Shown here: piece after piece, positions 13,712-27,880 of the stretch
Numbering within the stretch: position 1 is the stretch's first letter
Layout of the letters: the number at the start of each line of letters is the position of its first letter
Notes under the pieces: generated by a model
Databases searched by the model: none
The model's input: the letters and a program-made list of their open reading frames with translations, nothing else
What the model was told of the DNA's origin: nothing
Position numbers and translations under genes: made by a program
Source of the DNA: Eledone cirrhosa
Taxonomy: Eukaryota
Assembly (NCBI GenBank): GCA_964016885.1
Contig: OZ024741.1
Span: 212,846,001 to 212,910,000, forward strand
Direction: 5' to 3'
Length of the DNA: 64,000 nucleotides

Positions 13712-14274
13712 CATTTATAAACATATAAACTCTGCGTGCTCATACACCCCCACACACACGCACATACATACATACATATATATAACATACATACACATAT
13801 GTAAAGATGTCTGTGTGTCTGTATAGCGGTGTATATACACATACACGTCGATAATATGTAATATTTATGAGACACACATAATTACATGTATATTAATTGC
13901 GCTTCCGTTCTACTCCTGCTAATTATGGTGTAACTAAATGTGCATATTGCATATTGCACCTTGATGCACATTGTTGAAATATCGATATGCATCTTGGCAG
14001 CCGGACTGTTAAAATGACCTTTGGTGTTACATGAAGAAGACACTTAATTAAAGTTGAGTAAATGGAATGCGGCGATGGGCCGTCGCCGGTTTGGACGAGT
14101 ATTGTTATAGTTGTTCCATTGCCAAAGTAGCCATAGAGTGAAATTAAAAGACAAGTGGCTGAGTAATCCACAGGCAGATAACAAATGTTTGAACATTCTA
14201 CAAGCACGAAATTATAAGGTGTTGTCATTGAAATAGAAATAGAAGATTCGCAGTAACATTGGCTAAATAATAGT

Positions 14275-14765
14275 TTTTACTTTTGGCACAAGGCCAGCAA
14301 TTACCTGGTACATTACTGATACTTTGTTTTATCGACTCCGTAAGGATGAAAGGCAAAGTTAACCTCGACTGGATTTGAATGCAGACCGCAAAGGGACCCA
14401 ACTATGCTGCAAAGCTTGGTGTCCAACCCTCTACTGATACTGCCAATATAGTCTAATAATGGGAGCATATAAACAATAATGGGAGCATTGAACGAACAGA
14501 TGGAGATATGTGAGTTTATACGTCACATTATTAGATCATAACATTTAGTCAACAATGGATTGGAATATCGGTAGAGCGTGGGCCAACATGTTTTGTTGTA
14601 TATAGTTACAGCCTTTTACGTTCTGAAATCAAATCCTGTCGAGGTTAGCTTTGCCTTTCGTCCGTTCGAGGTTGATAAAGTAAAGTACCAGTAATGCACT
14701 GAGGGTCGATCTATTTTCACTTTCCAACTCCTCTAAAATGTGTTGGCCTTGTGCCTATAATCAGA
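14275..14765. mobile_element. Two divergent main-family SINE copies (14275-14450 minus; 14555-14765 plus)
   Basis: Match to the SINE consensus seen elsewhere in the window. Confidence 0.8.
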
Positions 14766-14769
14766 AAAC

Positions 14770-15920
14770 ATCAGAAAACTAAACTACCTTCTACAATCTT
14801 TAAGCTAATAGACAAGCACTTCCCTAACTACACAAATACCATAGAATCTTTAATAGAAAAACAATAAAACTATCTTACTCTACTGCAGCCAACCTAGAAT
14901 CACACATACGTAAAATTAACCACAAAAATGTCTCTAAAGAAAATAACCTACCAACATAGCACCAAATACAAAACGCAAACACATAACAACATCGCAAATA
15001 CAAACACATCAGAGAGCATCACAACAAAACACTAATAGGCCTAAATCTCAACCCACCCACAACAACATACAAAACCGCAACGGTGAATCTGCACACAGAA
15101 AAGCCTCCAACAGTAATTGCAACCTACAAAATAGATGCCCACTGCAAAATAGATGCCTTGATTCGAGTATGGTGTAACTGTGTACTGTACATTGAGGCGG
15201 CAACTCTACTTGGCACTACATAGATTCCACGGTTGGAGAGTTCAAGAAAAGGTGGTACGTCCACAGAGACTCCATGAAGAACCGTAGACTGGAGAACTCT
15301 ACGACGCTGGCCAATAAAATCTGGCAGCTTGAAAACACAAATCAGGAATATAGGATTAGCTGGTCAAAATTATCCGTAGCAAGGGCCTACAACAACGGAA
15401 TGTCCCACTGTGGACTTTGTAATATGGAACTATTCCATATTAACAGCAAAATAGAAAGATCAATTTTCAGTAGTCATAAAATGGCTACCAGATTCACAAA
15501 TTTTCAAACCACCGTGATTCGAGCAGCAATCCCAAAATTAAACTGAACCACCTGGATTTTAACATATGGAATACACACCATCACACTGCTATTAGCTGTC
15601 AAACGGCCAACTGGACACTAGATCATAAATCTCTTAACATTTCTTTCACCCTCTCTCCCTGAAACAGCATCAACCCATGATCAATGAAACAATTGTCAAT
15701 ACCTGAAATAAAGCCCCTTGTTGTACCACCAACCATGTTACTCTTCATCCTTTCACTATTATTACTCCAAGTATAACCTACATAGGAATTACCGCGAACT
15801 CACTGCCTAACTATGGAAACATCTTGTTGAGTTAAACAAAGCAATACGTTAAAACTATCCACGACGCAGATTACTCACAAACTCTAACTGGATTACCTAT
15901 AACGATAACTTGTTACCCCA
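14770..15920 (+). mobile_element. Decayed Penelope-like element 3' fragment (linker, GIY-YIG remnant, 3' UTR)
   Basis: Frameshifted IDKHFP..HRIFNRKTIKLSYST, NCNLQNRCPLQNRC and TLANKIWQL..ISWS..AY..CGLC..E parallel ORF 46231-47868. The UTR has GAAAC-aatt-GTC and ends in (TA)n. UTR relatives lie at 20890-20930 and 22880-23100 (-). Confidence 0.8.
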
Positions 15921-16798
15921 TATATATATATATATATATATATGTACACGTACATATATATATATATATAGACGTGCAGTAGTATGTATATATATGCACA
16001 CATATATATATATATGTACGTATGGATTCACCGAACATTTATTATAATGCTCGGTGTGTTTGTAAACAAACATCCCGTATTAAGCCGTAGTGTCCAGCAA
16101 CCATCGTTGCTCGTTTGTTCAACACTGACAAAGGAACGCTGTACTAATTTCAAACTTATTAGCTATCGTCAGCAACGTATACCTTCCTGCCAGATTGTTG
16201 AACGTATATACTTACCTTATGCATATTAACGGCTGACTAGCCCAATTTGCATATTGAGTGGGTTAATCGGCCTTAGTGGGTTATAATAAATGTTCAGTGA
16301 ATCCATACGTACATATATATGTGTGCATGTATGTATATATATATACATACTACTGTACGTCTGTTTACATACATGTATGTACGTGTACATACTTATATTT
16401 AATTAACAGCCGTACTAAGAGTGGGAAATGAAATTTCGTTTCATTTTTTCCGTTTATATATATGCTCTGGGTATCCGATGCAATCGGATATATTAGAATG
16501 CGGCCGAAACCATGGTAGAGGTAACTTAATATGTTCACTTTTCTCCTAGTTTATTTTACACCTAATTATGTTTGGTTGACTGTATATCTGAGCGATTCAT
16601 ACACGCTGTCGAAAGACTCGATAAATATTCCGTCGCAACTGACGCGAAGGGCTGCTTTCGGTTATTTGTCGGAGATTTCTTCATAGAAGCCTTTATTCTT
16701 ATAGCTTGGTCTAATCGATTTTTTATATGGTTAATTATACTAATTGGGAGAGGAAATGGTATATATTTTATCTGGTGATTCTACAGACATGTTTTATG

Positions 16799-16829
<31 letters not shown>

Positions 16830-18228
16830 GAAGTAAATCCTTTGTTCTGTCGTCAAAGACTATTAACTTGCAGACCCCTGCAAGCGGAATTTGTCGATCT
16901 TGGATTTGCAGAAACCTAGTGCTGATGTTGTGTGCTGTATGTGAAGTATATCATATGCTATACCATATGCATTATATGTTGCATTCGGGCTCACCGTTAT
17001 GTCCAGGTCAGTCTAAAATCTTTTCCTGAGTCCAACCATTCTCGTTGCTGTGGTAATGCGGCTGGACTGCCGATCGCTATATTTTATTTGCTAAGCTGTC
17101 TAAACGTATTGTTTTTACTCTGGGGTACTATTCCCATTCGATTGCTAAAGCCACATACCGAATTTGCATTCGTTAGCTTGGCCGCAAACTAAAGCTTCGT
17201 TAATGCTGTACTAAAATATGCATATTAACCCCAGTCCTCCTTCTTTGTCGTCGTCCTTTTCACTTCCTCGCCCACGCCGAGGCAGCCCCTCGGTCCTTTG
17301 TAGCCTCAGTACCCCCACCCCCATCCCCTATTCTATGATGGAATTGGCCGACTCCGCTCTTTATAGCAGAGGTGATAGACCCCAGATACTTGCTCTCTTA
17401 TCCGATGGCTGCCCAAATTCCGTGCTTTCTACATTTCTTAGTGGTATCTCTGCTTTAGTTTCTCGTATATCAGTATTTTTTTTTTGGGGGGGGGGGATTC
17501 TGAATTAATTTGTCGTATCAAATTTTTCATATATATCTTACGCGCATTTATGCAGTTTGTACTAGAATTTTTGTATCGTAGCGGCACCCTTAGAGATAGT
17601 ATTAGTATTCATTTTCGGGATTCTGAATTATTATTTCGTATTAGTTGGTTTTTTGCACTGGGTGGTTGCTGGCCTTATGCCTAAAGTAGAACCAATTATT
17701 TCGTATTAGTTTCGGGACTCTGAATTATTGTTTCGTGGTAGTTTCTTTAGTATTTTGGCCCCCCACTTGTTGACCTGTCACTGTAAGATATACTCGGTGG
17801 ATTACTACTAACTCATAAAATTGTCCCACTACAATTCCGTCCCACATCGTAAACTTTTCTATAGTTTAGCAGTACCAGTGAGAGACTTGATGATTGTGGT
17901 TAGGGAATAGTAACCAGAAATTGTTTTATTATATTTTTAACATTCTTGGTATTCTTCTATATATTTACTCCATATTGATTTACTTATCGTTTCTACTTCC
18001 TCCACCTCCCCCTCCCTTGTATACTTGCTTGACCTCCTGCCCTTAGGACCCTGTTGTAGTTGGCACTATCAACGCACGACTGGGTTTCCTCCACTCCCTC
18101 TCCCGCTTTCTTCTACTGGCAGGTTCAGCTACCCCTTCCTTCCACAAATTGCCATGATAGAATTATGTGTCTCAACAACAAACTTTTGGCCAATTCTTGT
18201 GACAATCACTTTTACCATATATGGAATT

Positions 18229-18325
18229 ACCCCCTGAGAAGCTCGGCTATTCATATACCAGGATAAAAAATGTTCATTTAGTCCAGAATTAGCCGTCGAA
18301 ACGGCTTGAGCTCAGCCGTCGGGGT
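18229..18325 (+). ncRNA. Hammerhead-like motif (one core deviation) of a dispersed repeat family
   Basis: cccc-CTGAGAA-gctcggcta...tagccgtc-GAAAC-ggcttgagctcagcc-GTC-gggg. The 3' half recurs at ~7320, ~39095, ~41915-42005 and ~60235. Confidence 0.55.
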
Positions 18326-18337
18326 CCTACTCGTTCC

Positions 18338-18445
<108 letters not shown>

Positions 18446-18588
18446 TGAGGGTGTGGGTGTGTGTGTGTGTATCCAATAGTGCTAAGTGTAATATTCTGAT
18501 CACAGAATAGGCTATGAAAGTATGATGCTAATGGTGTGAAATCTTCCATGCATTAATTTTAATTAATAACTGCATTATTTCTTTACAG

Positions 18589-18778
18589 GGAAGGTGGTGG
18601 ATTGGCAGGATTGGTAGAGGATCGGACTCCATGCTTTGACGCATAGAGTTACGGCCCTTGCCATTCTGAGTTCAAATCCCGCCGAGGTTAACTTTGCCTT
18701 TCATCCTTACAGGGTCGATAAAATAAAGTACCAGTAATGAACTGGGTAATTGCTGGCCTTGTGCCAAACGTAGAAACA
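18589..18778 (+). mobile_element. Full-length main-family SINE with a 15-bp target-site duplication
   Basis: attatttctttacag at 18574-18588 and 18779-18793. Confidence 0.9.
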
Positions 18779-18793
18779 ATTATTTCTTTACAG

Positions 18794-18989
18794 TGACTAT
18801 ATTGAAAAATAAACCTCATTTCGTCATTCCATGCGAGTATCTTGGTCAGCCTGTTCCCATATTTAAGTAATAATCGGAGTGGGGACCCTATCATTGAATC
18901 ACCCAAGACACCTCCAACGAGATATACCTTGAAGGTGACCAGCTAAAACTGCATAGGTGTGAGCTGTAAAGCAACAACAACATATTTAA
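18794..18989 (+). pseudogene. Possible decayed immunoglobulin-domain exon
   Basis: Acceptor tttctttacag and donor gtaagt. Translates as ..FVIPCEYLGQPVPIFK** then, after a frameshift, NRSGDPII..RYTLKVTS*..VSCKAT. Resemblance judged by eye only. Confidence 0.3.
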
Positions 18990-20549
18990 GTAAGTTTTTT
19001 TTCTTTACTTGCTATCCACTTTGGAAATAATCGGAATGTTACCATCTATGTAAGTTTTTTGTCTTGCTATATCATTTTTCTTTGGCAATGCATATATGTA
19101 TATGTATGAGGACGGTAAGATCCGATCTTCTAATAAGTTTATTCTCAGATTATACACTAGAGTACAAGATGTGTTGTATCAGCAATGCAGAAGTCCAGCC
19201 ATACCATAGGCTGTGATATGCTGATTTTGCCTTAGACTTACGTTCCGGTTACACGTGATTGTGGAGCACTTAACTGTTTCCAAGTTATTTCACGAATCGG
19301 ATGGGCTGTATCTATAATTCTGAAGTCCAGCTTTGTCACATGCTATCACGTTGATTCTCCCTTATAATTAAGTTTATGATACACGTTTTTTGTGGAATAG
19401 TCCCCCATTAACACTATAATACGAGAAATATTGTAGCTGCAATTCAAAACTTCTACATTAGTACTCGCATTACGATGATTCTGATTCGGATTTAAGTTAA
19501 CAATACACGTGTCTGTGGCAAATCCAACGACATCCAAACTATTTCATGACACGGACATTCAATTGAGCGAAAGGTTGAATGACCATCGTCGAAACCGATC
19601 GAGGATCATTCATATTAATTACTCCAGTTATTCCAGACCTAAATCTCCTCATATGGAAACATTTTAAGTATAATATTTGACTAACACATAATATCTCACA
19701 GTAGTTAGACAATCCTGTAGAAAATTGATTTATTAACGCCATTAAGCTAATTTATGCCCTGTAATTACTAAACGAACAGACATTAAACATGGCTGCTATA
19801 TTACGTCACGTTGATGTTTGTGTGGGTACAATGATGTTTTTAAATCTATTATTAAAGTTTCTAGAATTTATATCATGAATAACACCATGACTATGACGCA
19901 TTAAGAATTCACATGTCTGAAATAATCAGCCAAGTACAGTCAAATAGACATTGAACTGTATCTGTAATTCACTGGGCCAGCCATGTAACACGCTGCTTCG
20001 CTGAATAACCCTGGACATTCTGTTAAGTATACACGTGTGTGGAATATTCAACCACTTTATAATGTAATATAGACTGCAATTCATTCAAAGGGCTATGGAC
20101 ATACATACATGCATACATGGTGGCTGCCAACTCGTTTTCGAGTACGGCCACTACTTTATATCCAAATAGGAGAACCCCTACCGATAGGCTGAATGAGTTT
20201 GACTTTTTAGTCCAGCCAGCGACTTGAAAACTCTGGTACAAACACTACACTTGTGACAATTATTGACACATAGTGCTGGGCCCATGGTACCATGTGACGA
20301 CAAGTGCAGAGAGATCTCCAGATATAAAGCAGTGCTTGTGCCGTGAAGCTTTTATAGTGAGCAAAGGCACTGCACAAAGCCATTCCCACTCTCTTAACCA
20401 AGATGATATTTACCAAAAAGAAGAACAAGTCATTGGATATCATCAGGGTTGCAGGTGTTATATCAGAGTTTTCCTTCTCCTAGAATTCTGCCTTGACAAA
20501 GGCATGTATGTATGCATACATACATACATACATACATACATACATACAT

Positions 20550-20660
<111 letters not shown>

Positions 20661-21474
20661 TATATAGGTCGAGTTAGGTCAGCGTGTTTTCTTCGTGATG
20701 GTTAAGAGGGGCACAGTAAGTGCTAAAAGATAATTTCATGCCGGGCTCAATCGGGAGAAACCGCAGTAAGTAGCAGAGTATAAATATTTAATATAGAAAT
20801 GGCTTCTACAGGACTAGAACTGTTTTTACCCCCGATTGAACCCAGGATAAACTTATATATATATATATATATAATTGATAAGAAGTATTCACAACCTCTA
20901 ACTGGATTACCTATAACGATATTTTGTTATCCCTTGTATATATTTGACTGTATATGACTGTATATGTATATGTGTGTGTGTGTGTGTAAGTGTTCTGGAT
21001 AAGTATAACTATTTAACACAAACAAGTTTGTATTATAGCAGCATATGTGGTTTCATGCGTTTTAATATCAATAATGTTAAGCTGGTGTTTGGGGCATAAC
21101 TTAACGAACGTTCTTTCAGGAAATTATGATTGATGGTTTTTAGATAAATACAAACGCTTTAAGATAAACAGTTTTATAATGTAGAACCAGTGTCAGCTAC
21201 AAACGGTTTGGTATCAAAGGATTCATATATACAGATCAGTATCAGAAGATTAATGTATGCAGCTTGGTACCGAATTAGTTAGTATATGGTATGGTATGGA
21301 CCAGAAACTCCTGTGGAGTCGCAGGGTTGCCATATTGACATACAGCGTTTCTAGGGCATTTCCTTTAAACCTGGTTTGAGCCCATATCTCTCTAGGCCTA
21401 AATAAAACAGATTTCTTACAGAGAAGGAGAGAGAAAGTGACATAAAGCAAGTTAGAAAGAGACAAGTTAGAAGA

Positions 21475-22080
21475 GACCCCAGTACTTTACTGGCACTTGT
21501 TTTATCGACCATTAATGGATGAAAGGCAAAGATGACCTCGTCAGGATTTAAACTCAAACTTCAGAGAACCGAAACAGATACAGCAAAGTATTTTATCCGA
21601 CGTTCTTACGACTGCCAATTCGCATTTTCCTCATGTGATTAAGGTTTGTGACACCAGTATAAGTACCAAACATATATAAGTATGGCAAAACTTTCGTAAA
21701 ACGATAATTATAGCTATTTGAACTCAGAGAGCAGAGAACCGAAATGAATACTACAAAGCATTCTATTCGACATTCTAACGCCTCTGTCAATTCGCCGCCT
21801 GCGGTTAGTGTATACATGTTCACTAATATATGAGAGTATTTCTTTATTTGTTGTCAGTCTGAGGGCGGTGGATTGGCATAACCGGTAGAAGGTCGGACGC
21901 ATGCTTTGCAGCAAAGAGTTACGGCCCTTTATAGTCTGAGTTCAAATCCCGCCGAGATTAATTTTGCCTTTCACCCTTACGGGGTCGATAAAATAAAGCA
22001 CCAGTAACGTACTGGGGTCGATTTAAACGACTTTCTCCTTCCCCTAAATTACTGGCATTGTGCCTATACTAGAAATCATT
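21475..22080. mobile_element. SINE cluster (21475-21620 -, 21715-21800 -, 21862-22080 +)
   Basis: Match to the consensus. The spacer 21615-21720 is also shared with 9570-9660. Confidence 0.8.
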
Positions 22081-22749
22081 ATTTTCGTCAGTCTGTTATT
22101 TTACTCATGTTGTCACTGCTACAATATCTCTCTCCATATATGGTATTTTATAGTTGTTATCAGGTACAAAAATGTGCTTGGTTTCAGCATCTCTTTATAA
22201 TCAACAATCGGAAAGGAATGAATCTAATAAGGGACCTAGGGATTTTTCAACATCTAACTGTAACTAAGTAACCAGGACGTTATTTAGTTCCAAAATTTAA
22301 TAGCAATCTTGGGTGGGCTGTTAATACGGATCGGTTGCATTCAATGGAAACTCGGTAAAACTGAACACCAATTCCTTATTTAGCGAGAGGATTGATGAAG
22401 GGAATCAATAATAATGTATAGTCAAGGGAATCAACTCGTTTATGAAGAAATACACAGGATTGGTGTGATGCATGTCAAGTAGCTTTTACAAGGGATTGGT
22501 GTGAACGTTAAACTATTCGGTATTTCATACCGGGCAGACAAAATTAATGCGCCCCCGTCATTCCTTTATTTCTAAACGTTTGCACTAACATATCGTTTAC
22601 TACTGGATGGTGGGACAGCGTGGTGTGTCATCCTAAAATAGTTTTAGACATCAACTCCGATCCAGTAGTAGTTTCAGGTTAGCCATTATTTCGTGGAAAT
22701 CTATTTGTCGAATACCTATGTTACGCTTTTTGACACAAAAATAATTTCT

Positions 22750-22843
<94 letters not shown>

Positions 22844-22848
22844 TATCG

Positions 22849-22882
<34 letters not shown>

Positions 22883-23239
22883 GATAACAAGTTATCGTTT
22901 TAGGTAATCCAGTTAGAGGTTGTGAGTACTCTGTACTATGGATAGTTATAAGGTATGGCGTTGTTGAGGTTTCCTTAGTTAGGTGGCGAGTTTGCGAGAA
23001 TTCCCATGCAGGTTATTCTTGGAATAATAGTAGTGAAAGAATGAAGACGAACATGGTCGGCTGTACAAACAGGGTTTTATTTACAGTAGTGACAATTGTT
23101 TAAGAGACACCCACTGTATTTAAGGTCGAGTGACGCAATTTCGAGTGATTAGCAGCCTTTAGACTTTTTAATACTGTTAATAAAACCCTTTTTGTACAGT
23201 CGACAATGTTATTATTCACTCTTTCACTATATATATATA

Positions 23240-23860
23240 TGATGGCTGCCCCCTCGTTATCGAGTATGGGGCCATTGCACGACATTCCATTATTAATAAT
23301 TATTAATTAATTCTATCGTGCAATGCCTGTGCCTGAAGATCTTTTTTAAAGTGAGGAAAGACTGTGCACTGAGCCAATCCCACTCTCTGAGCGACAGTAG
23401 CTATAACCCGAAAAGAAGAAAATATCAACATCATTGGTAACTACTGAACCGCAGTTTTTATATCGGAGTTATCCCAGTTTCCTGAGTTGCCTTCTAGAAA
23501 AATACCCTGACAAAGGCTAGGGGTCCTTCACTTCCAGTGGTTTAACCGCGCGATCGGGTGTCCAGCCTGACTATTTCTATGTCCCCGCGCATATACATAC
23601 ACATGCACCCATGTATTTACACATATACATATACATACAGATGTACATGTGTATATACATATTTATACACTTTTGGATGGCCGTTGGCTCTTAAGAGTTC
23701 TTCTGCCCTTTGTCAGGTTTTGTTTTTTGTCCTGCAGGGTGTCCATAATCACCCTCCTCATCAAGTAAACTTGGTGGGGTTGCCGGTTTAGTCACCGACG
23801 ACCCGACCATGCGATAGGTTGTACTGAGTTACAAGTTACCAGTAGCACTCAAGAGTGACC
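23240..23860. repeat. Dispersed repeat (unclassified, possibly LINE UTR-derived); copies at 40428-40885 and, degraded, 20330-20505
   Basis: gatggctgccccctcgttatc...gagccaatcccactctct...ataacccgaaaagaag...ccctgacaaagg is shared between copies. Confidence 0.8.
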
Positions 23861-23926
23861 CGACATATATATATACATACTCACACGGACACACACACAC
23901 ACACACACACATACACACACATACAT

Positions 23927-23963
<37 letters not shown>

Positions 23964-24527
23964 TATATATGTAATGGTAAAGAGAAATAACAGCAAACCA
24001 CACAGTACATTGAAGAAACATATATAAATGTGTGGGTATGTGTGAGTGTGAATATTCATACACACACACTAGGCTGTTTTTGCTCTAACCTTTAACACAC
24101 TTAATCTGCGACACACATAATTTGATTCATATCTGTAATATCTATATCTCATCATTTTAGTTTAGCAACAATTAACTGACAAGATCTAATGAGATCGAAA
24201 CATGCGCGTTGTTTTTACCAAGTTGGTTTGTATACAAAGTCCACAACAATTGCTTTGTCTCAAATTATTCTATAAGATTTGGATCAACTCAGGATATATG
24301 ACTTTTTACCGTCTTTTAGATACTCATAACCATAGCACTCTAAAAGAAACGATAGTTTCAGCCGGCGACGCATGGGAGCCCAGCCGGTCAATCGATAGGT
24401 CACGTTTATATATGGTCGAGCAAACAAGAGAAGCAACTCTGAGCTTTTCCTTTTTACTTAACGTTTTTTCAGCAGAAGTCTAAGCTTCATCGTTACTTCG
24501 TAGTTCTTCAGCTCTAGATTAAGCTCA

Positions 24528-24710
24528 CTATGGCAGTATCGGTAGAGGGTCTGACGCCATGCTTTCCAGCAAAGTGTTACGGCCCTTTATGGTCTGAGTT
24601 CAAATGCCGCCGAGGTTAACTTGGCCTTTCATCCTTACGGGGTCGATAAAATAAAGTACCAGTAATGTACTGGGATAATTGCTGGCCTTGTGCCAAAAGT
24701 AGAAACAACT
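24528..24710 (+). mobile_element. Main-family SINE
   Basis: Match to the consensus. Confidence 0.85.
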
Positions 24711-26119
24711 ATATAGAAATCTACTTAGAGTGGAGCCTAGAAATGTTATTACCAACATGTCGCTATATAAGCCACATATTTTAAAATCAATAAATTTGAT
24801 ATCAAGATTTTCTTCCGTCCAGTACATCAAACGTATGTATATAATAATAATAAATATATAATGAAAAACAATAGGGGTAATGGTTAAAGAAGGGCAAATC
24901 TGTCTTTATAGAAAAGTAAAGGAAAAGACTATAACAACCATAAATGAGAAGAAAAGAAGGGAAAGAGCAAGGACAATTAGGCCATACACAAACCCTGCAT
25001 ATGTATAACTGTATATCAACTATTTATGCCAGACATTCTTCTTCAAAATAAGGCCACGTCTTATACTCGGAAAAATGCGGTTACTAGATATATACTTCTG
25101 CCCATATATTTCGTATATCTCTTATCAAAAAAATACCTATCTTTGATAATTTCTAGCAAATTTACGTAAAATGATTGTCATATTTCTACAATTGTTTCCA
25201 TCTTTCCACCTTTTTTCTCCGCTAATTATAAGGTTAAGTTATATTTCCTCATATTATTCGTTTCCAAATTATTTTCTCTTCTGTAGATAAAGACACATAA
25301 TATTGATAGAATAACCTTTTATCAGAAAGTCGAATAATTACGTTAAAACATTTTCATTTGAAATAAACGCTATAGTAGATATATAGAAGAATTATTAAAG
25401 AGACAATATCATTTTCCTATAGTAATACCATTCAATGAGATATCTTTTACTTCTTGTTTATATTTTCTTCTCTATCGTCTCATTACGTTTCTTTTTCATC
25501 GGTGTTGTTTGTCCTGCCATATAGATGTGTGTGCACGTGTTAATTTCTTGGTATGCATTTGTGAATATATATGTACGCGCGCGCGCTCGTATGTGTCTAT
25601 TCATTTATAGTTGATCTGTCATTAAGATGTCTGCACAATAGCAACAACGAAGAATTTAATTCTAGGTCTTGCTAGTTTTCTTCTATTTCTTTCTTTCAGG
25701 AAAATATATAGATATATATATAAGCTTCTCTACCTAACACTAGCTAGCTTTTTGACACTTCTCAATAAGATATATTGGCTATTCATTAATAAAAGTATAT
25801 CACAAGTTTTAATCTTCTTACGAGCATCAAGCTGTGTGGCTTAATAGAAATACTGCCACCACAAACTGAGAATTAATCATAGTAAACAGATGGTAATATC
25901 ATTCCATTCTATTCTATACTATTCTTATTGAATTCTTTCTCTTGCCTAGCTTTGTAAAATGTCATACTAGGTTTTTAAAGACAGAAGAACACATTTAAAT
26001 TGAGATGCCAGTTATATTATATCTTTTTTCTATTTCACTCTGATATATTAAGTCAATGTCAGCTTATATCAAGTTATAGGATTTGGATTCTTCTCCTCTG
26101 CTCCGGCGAATGATGGATG

Positions 26120-26164
<45 letters not shown>

Positions 26165-26329
26165 CATATATATAACATCATTATTTAATATGAAAATGGC
26201 ATCTACATGACTAGAACAGTTTCATTACTATGAAACCATGAACGATGCCTGATAATTTCATACGAATAAAACAGTTCTAGTCATGGAGAAGCCATTTATA
26301 CATATATATATATATATTGTAATAGCAAT

Positions 26330-26515
26330 AATTGTTTCTCCTTTTGGCACAAGACCAGCAATTATCCAGTGCATTACTGGTACTTTATTTTATCGCCCCT
26401 GTAACGATGAAAGGCAAAGTCAACCTCGGCGGGATTTGAACTCAGATCGTAAAGGGACGTAACTATGCTGGAAAGCACGGCGCCCGATCCTCTACCGATA
26501 CTGCCAATCCACCAA
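26330..26515 (-). mobile_element. Main-family SINE
   Basis: Reverse-complement match to the consensus. Confidence 0.85.
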
Positions 26516-26911
26516 TGATATTTATACTCATATATATAATCTCTATACAATTATAAATAAGATAAGGGTAATATATTGTATTACACAATTACCAGTAAGA
26601 ACATTAGCTCAATGTAAAATATCAGATATACTACAGAGCAGAAATACAATATAGAAAACAATCAAATCTTTGTTTAATGCACTTAATTGCTGACGATCGT
26701 TTCTACCAGACTGGAAGAAACGATCGTTAGCAATTAAATGCATTAAACACAAATTTGATTGTTTTCTATGTTATACATATATATACATATATAAGCCGGC
26801 GAATTAGCAGTCGTTAGTACATCGGATAAATGCTTGGCTGTATTCGCTCTGTCTCTTTTCCCCTACGACTCCCGTAGGAGATACGTGAGCATATATATAT
26901 ATATATATAGT

Positions 26912-26983
<72 letters not shown>

Positions 26984-27818
26984 ACTAGAAATTGATTAAC
27001 ATATAAATAAACATGAATAATCACAGGAGATAATTTTTACAAGTGTGTAACCACACATAGCTAGGTAGGTAACTAAATAAAGTAGACCAGAACTTCAAAA
27101 ATAGATACCTTATAATATGATTAATCTTCCCTGTATATATTCCATTAAAGACATATATTTCACCAATTAATCGAATGGTAAACCACGGAAGCGAATACTT
27201 GGATTTTCAACAAGGAAGAAGTTCCAGCGATCAGTGATTACACTTCAAGTTCAAATCAGCGACTGGCCAGCAACACGTGCCATATCTACTAGAAATACAC
27301 ACTTCATACTACCTTCGTCCCAGTGGCGTGAATAGGGTTATCGACAACTAGAAACAGCAGTCGAGACCTTTCAACAGAGTTAGCTCTAGCATTAAGGAGC
27401 CGTATTTATATATCTATATCCAAAATTAAGATAAATCAAATGAATTTAATCTAAATCAAAATGATGGGTGTCATGCCAGAAAGACATGCGCCGTATCGCC
27501 CGCAAAATAAGCTCTAAGATTCTAACGAGTAGTTCAGAGCATTTTATAATAACTCGTCATATTATAAGGTATCTATTTTTGAAGTTCTGGTCAACATTAT
27601 TTAGTTACCTACCTAGCTATGTGTAGTTACACACTTGTCAAAATGATCTCCTGTGATTATTCATGTTTATTTATATGTTAATCAATTTCTAGTTATTATA
27701 AAATGCTCGGACCTACTCGTTAGAATCTTAGAGCTTATTTTGGGGGCGATATGGCGCATGTCTTTCTGGCATGACACCCATAATTTTGATTTAGATTAAA
27801 TTCATTTGATTTATCTTA

Positions 27819-27880
<62 letters not shown>

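Noticed and set aside
25055-25085. pogo/Tigger-like TIR fragment (cttatactcggaaaaatgcggt)
   Set aside because: No partner TIR or transposase found; too short to call.
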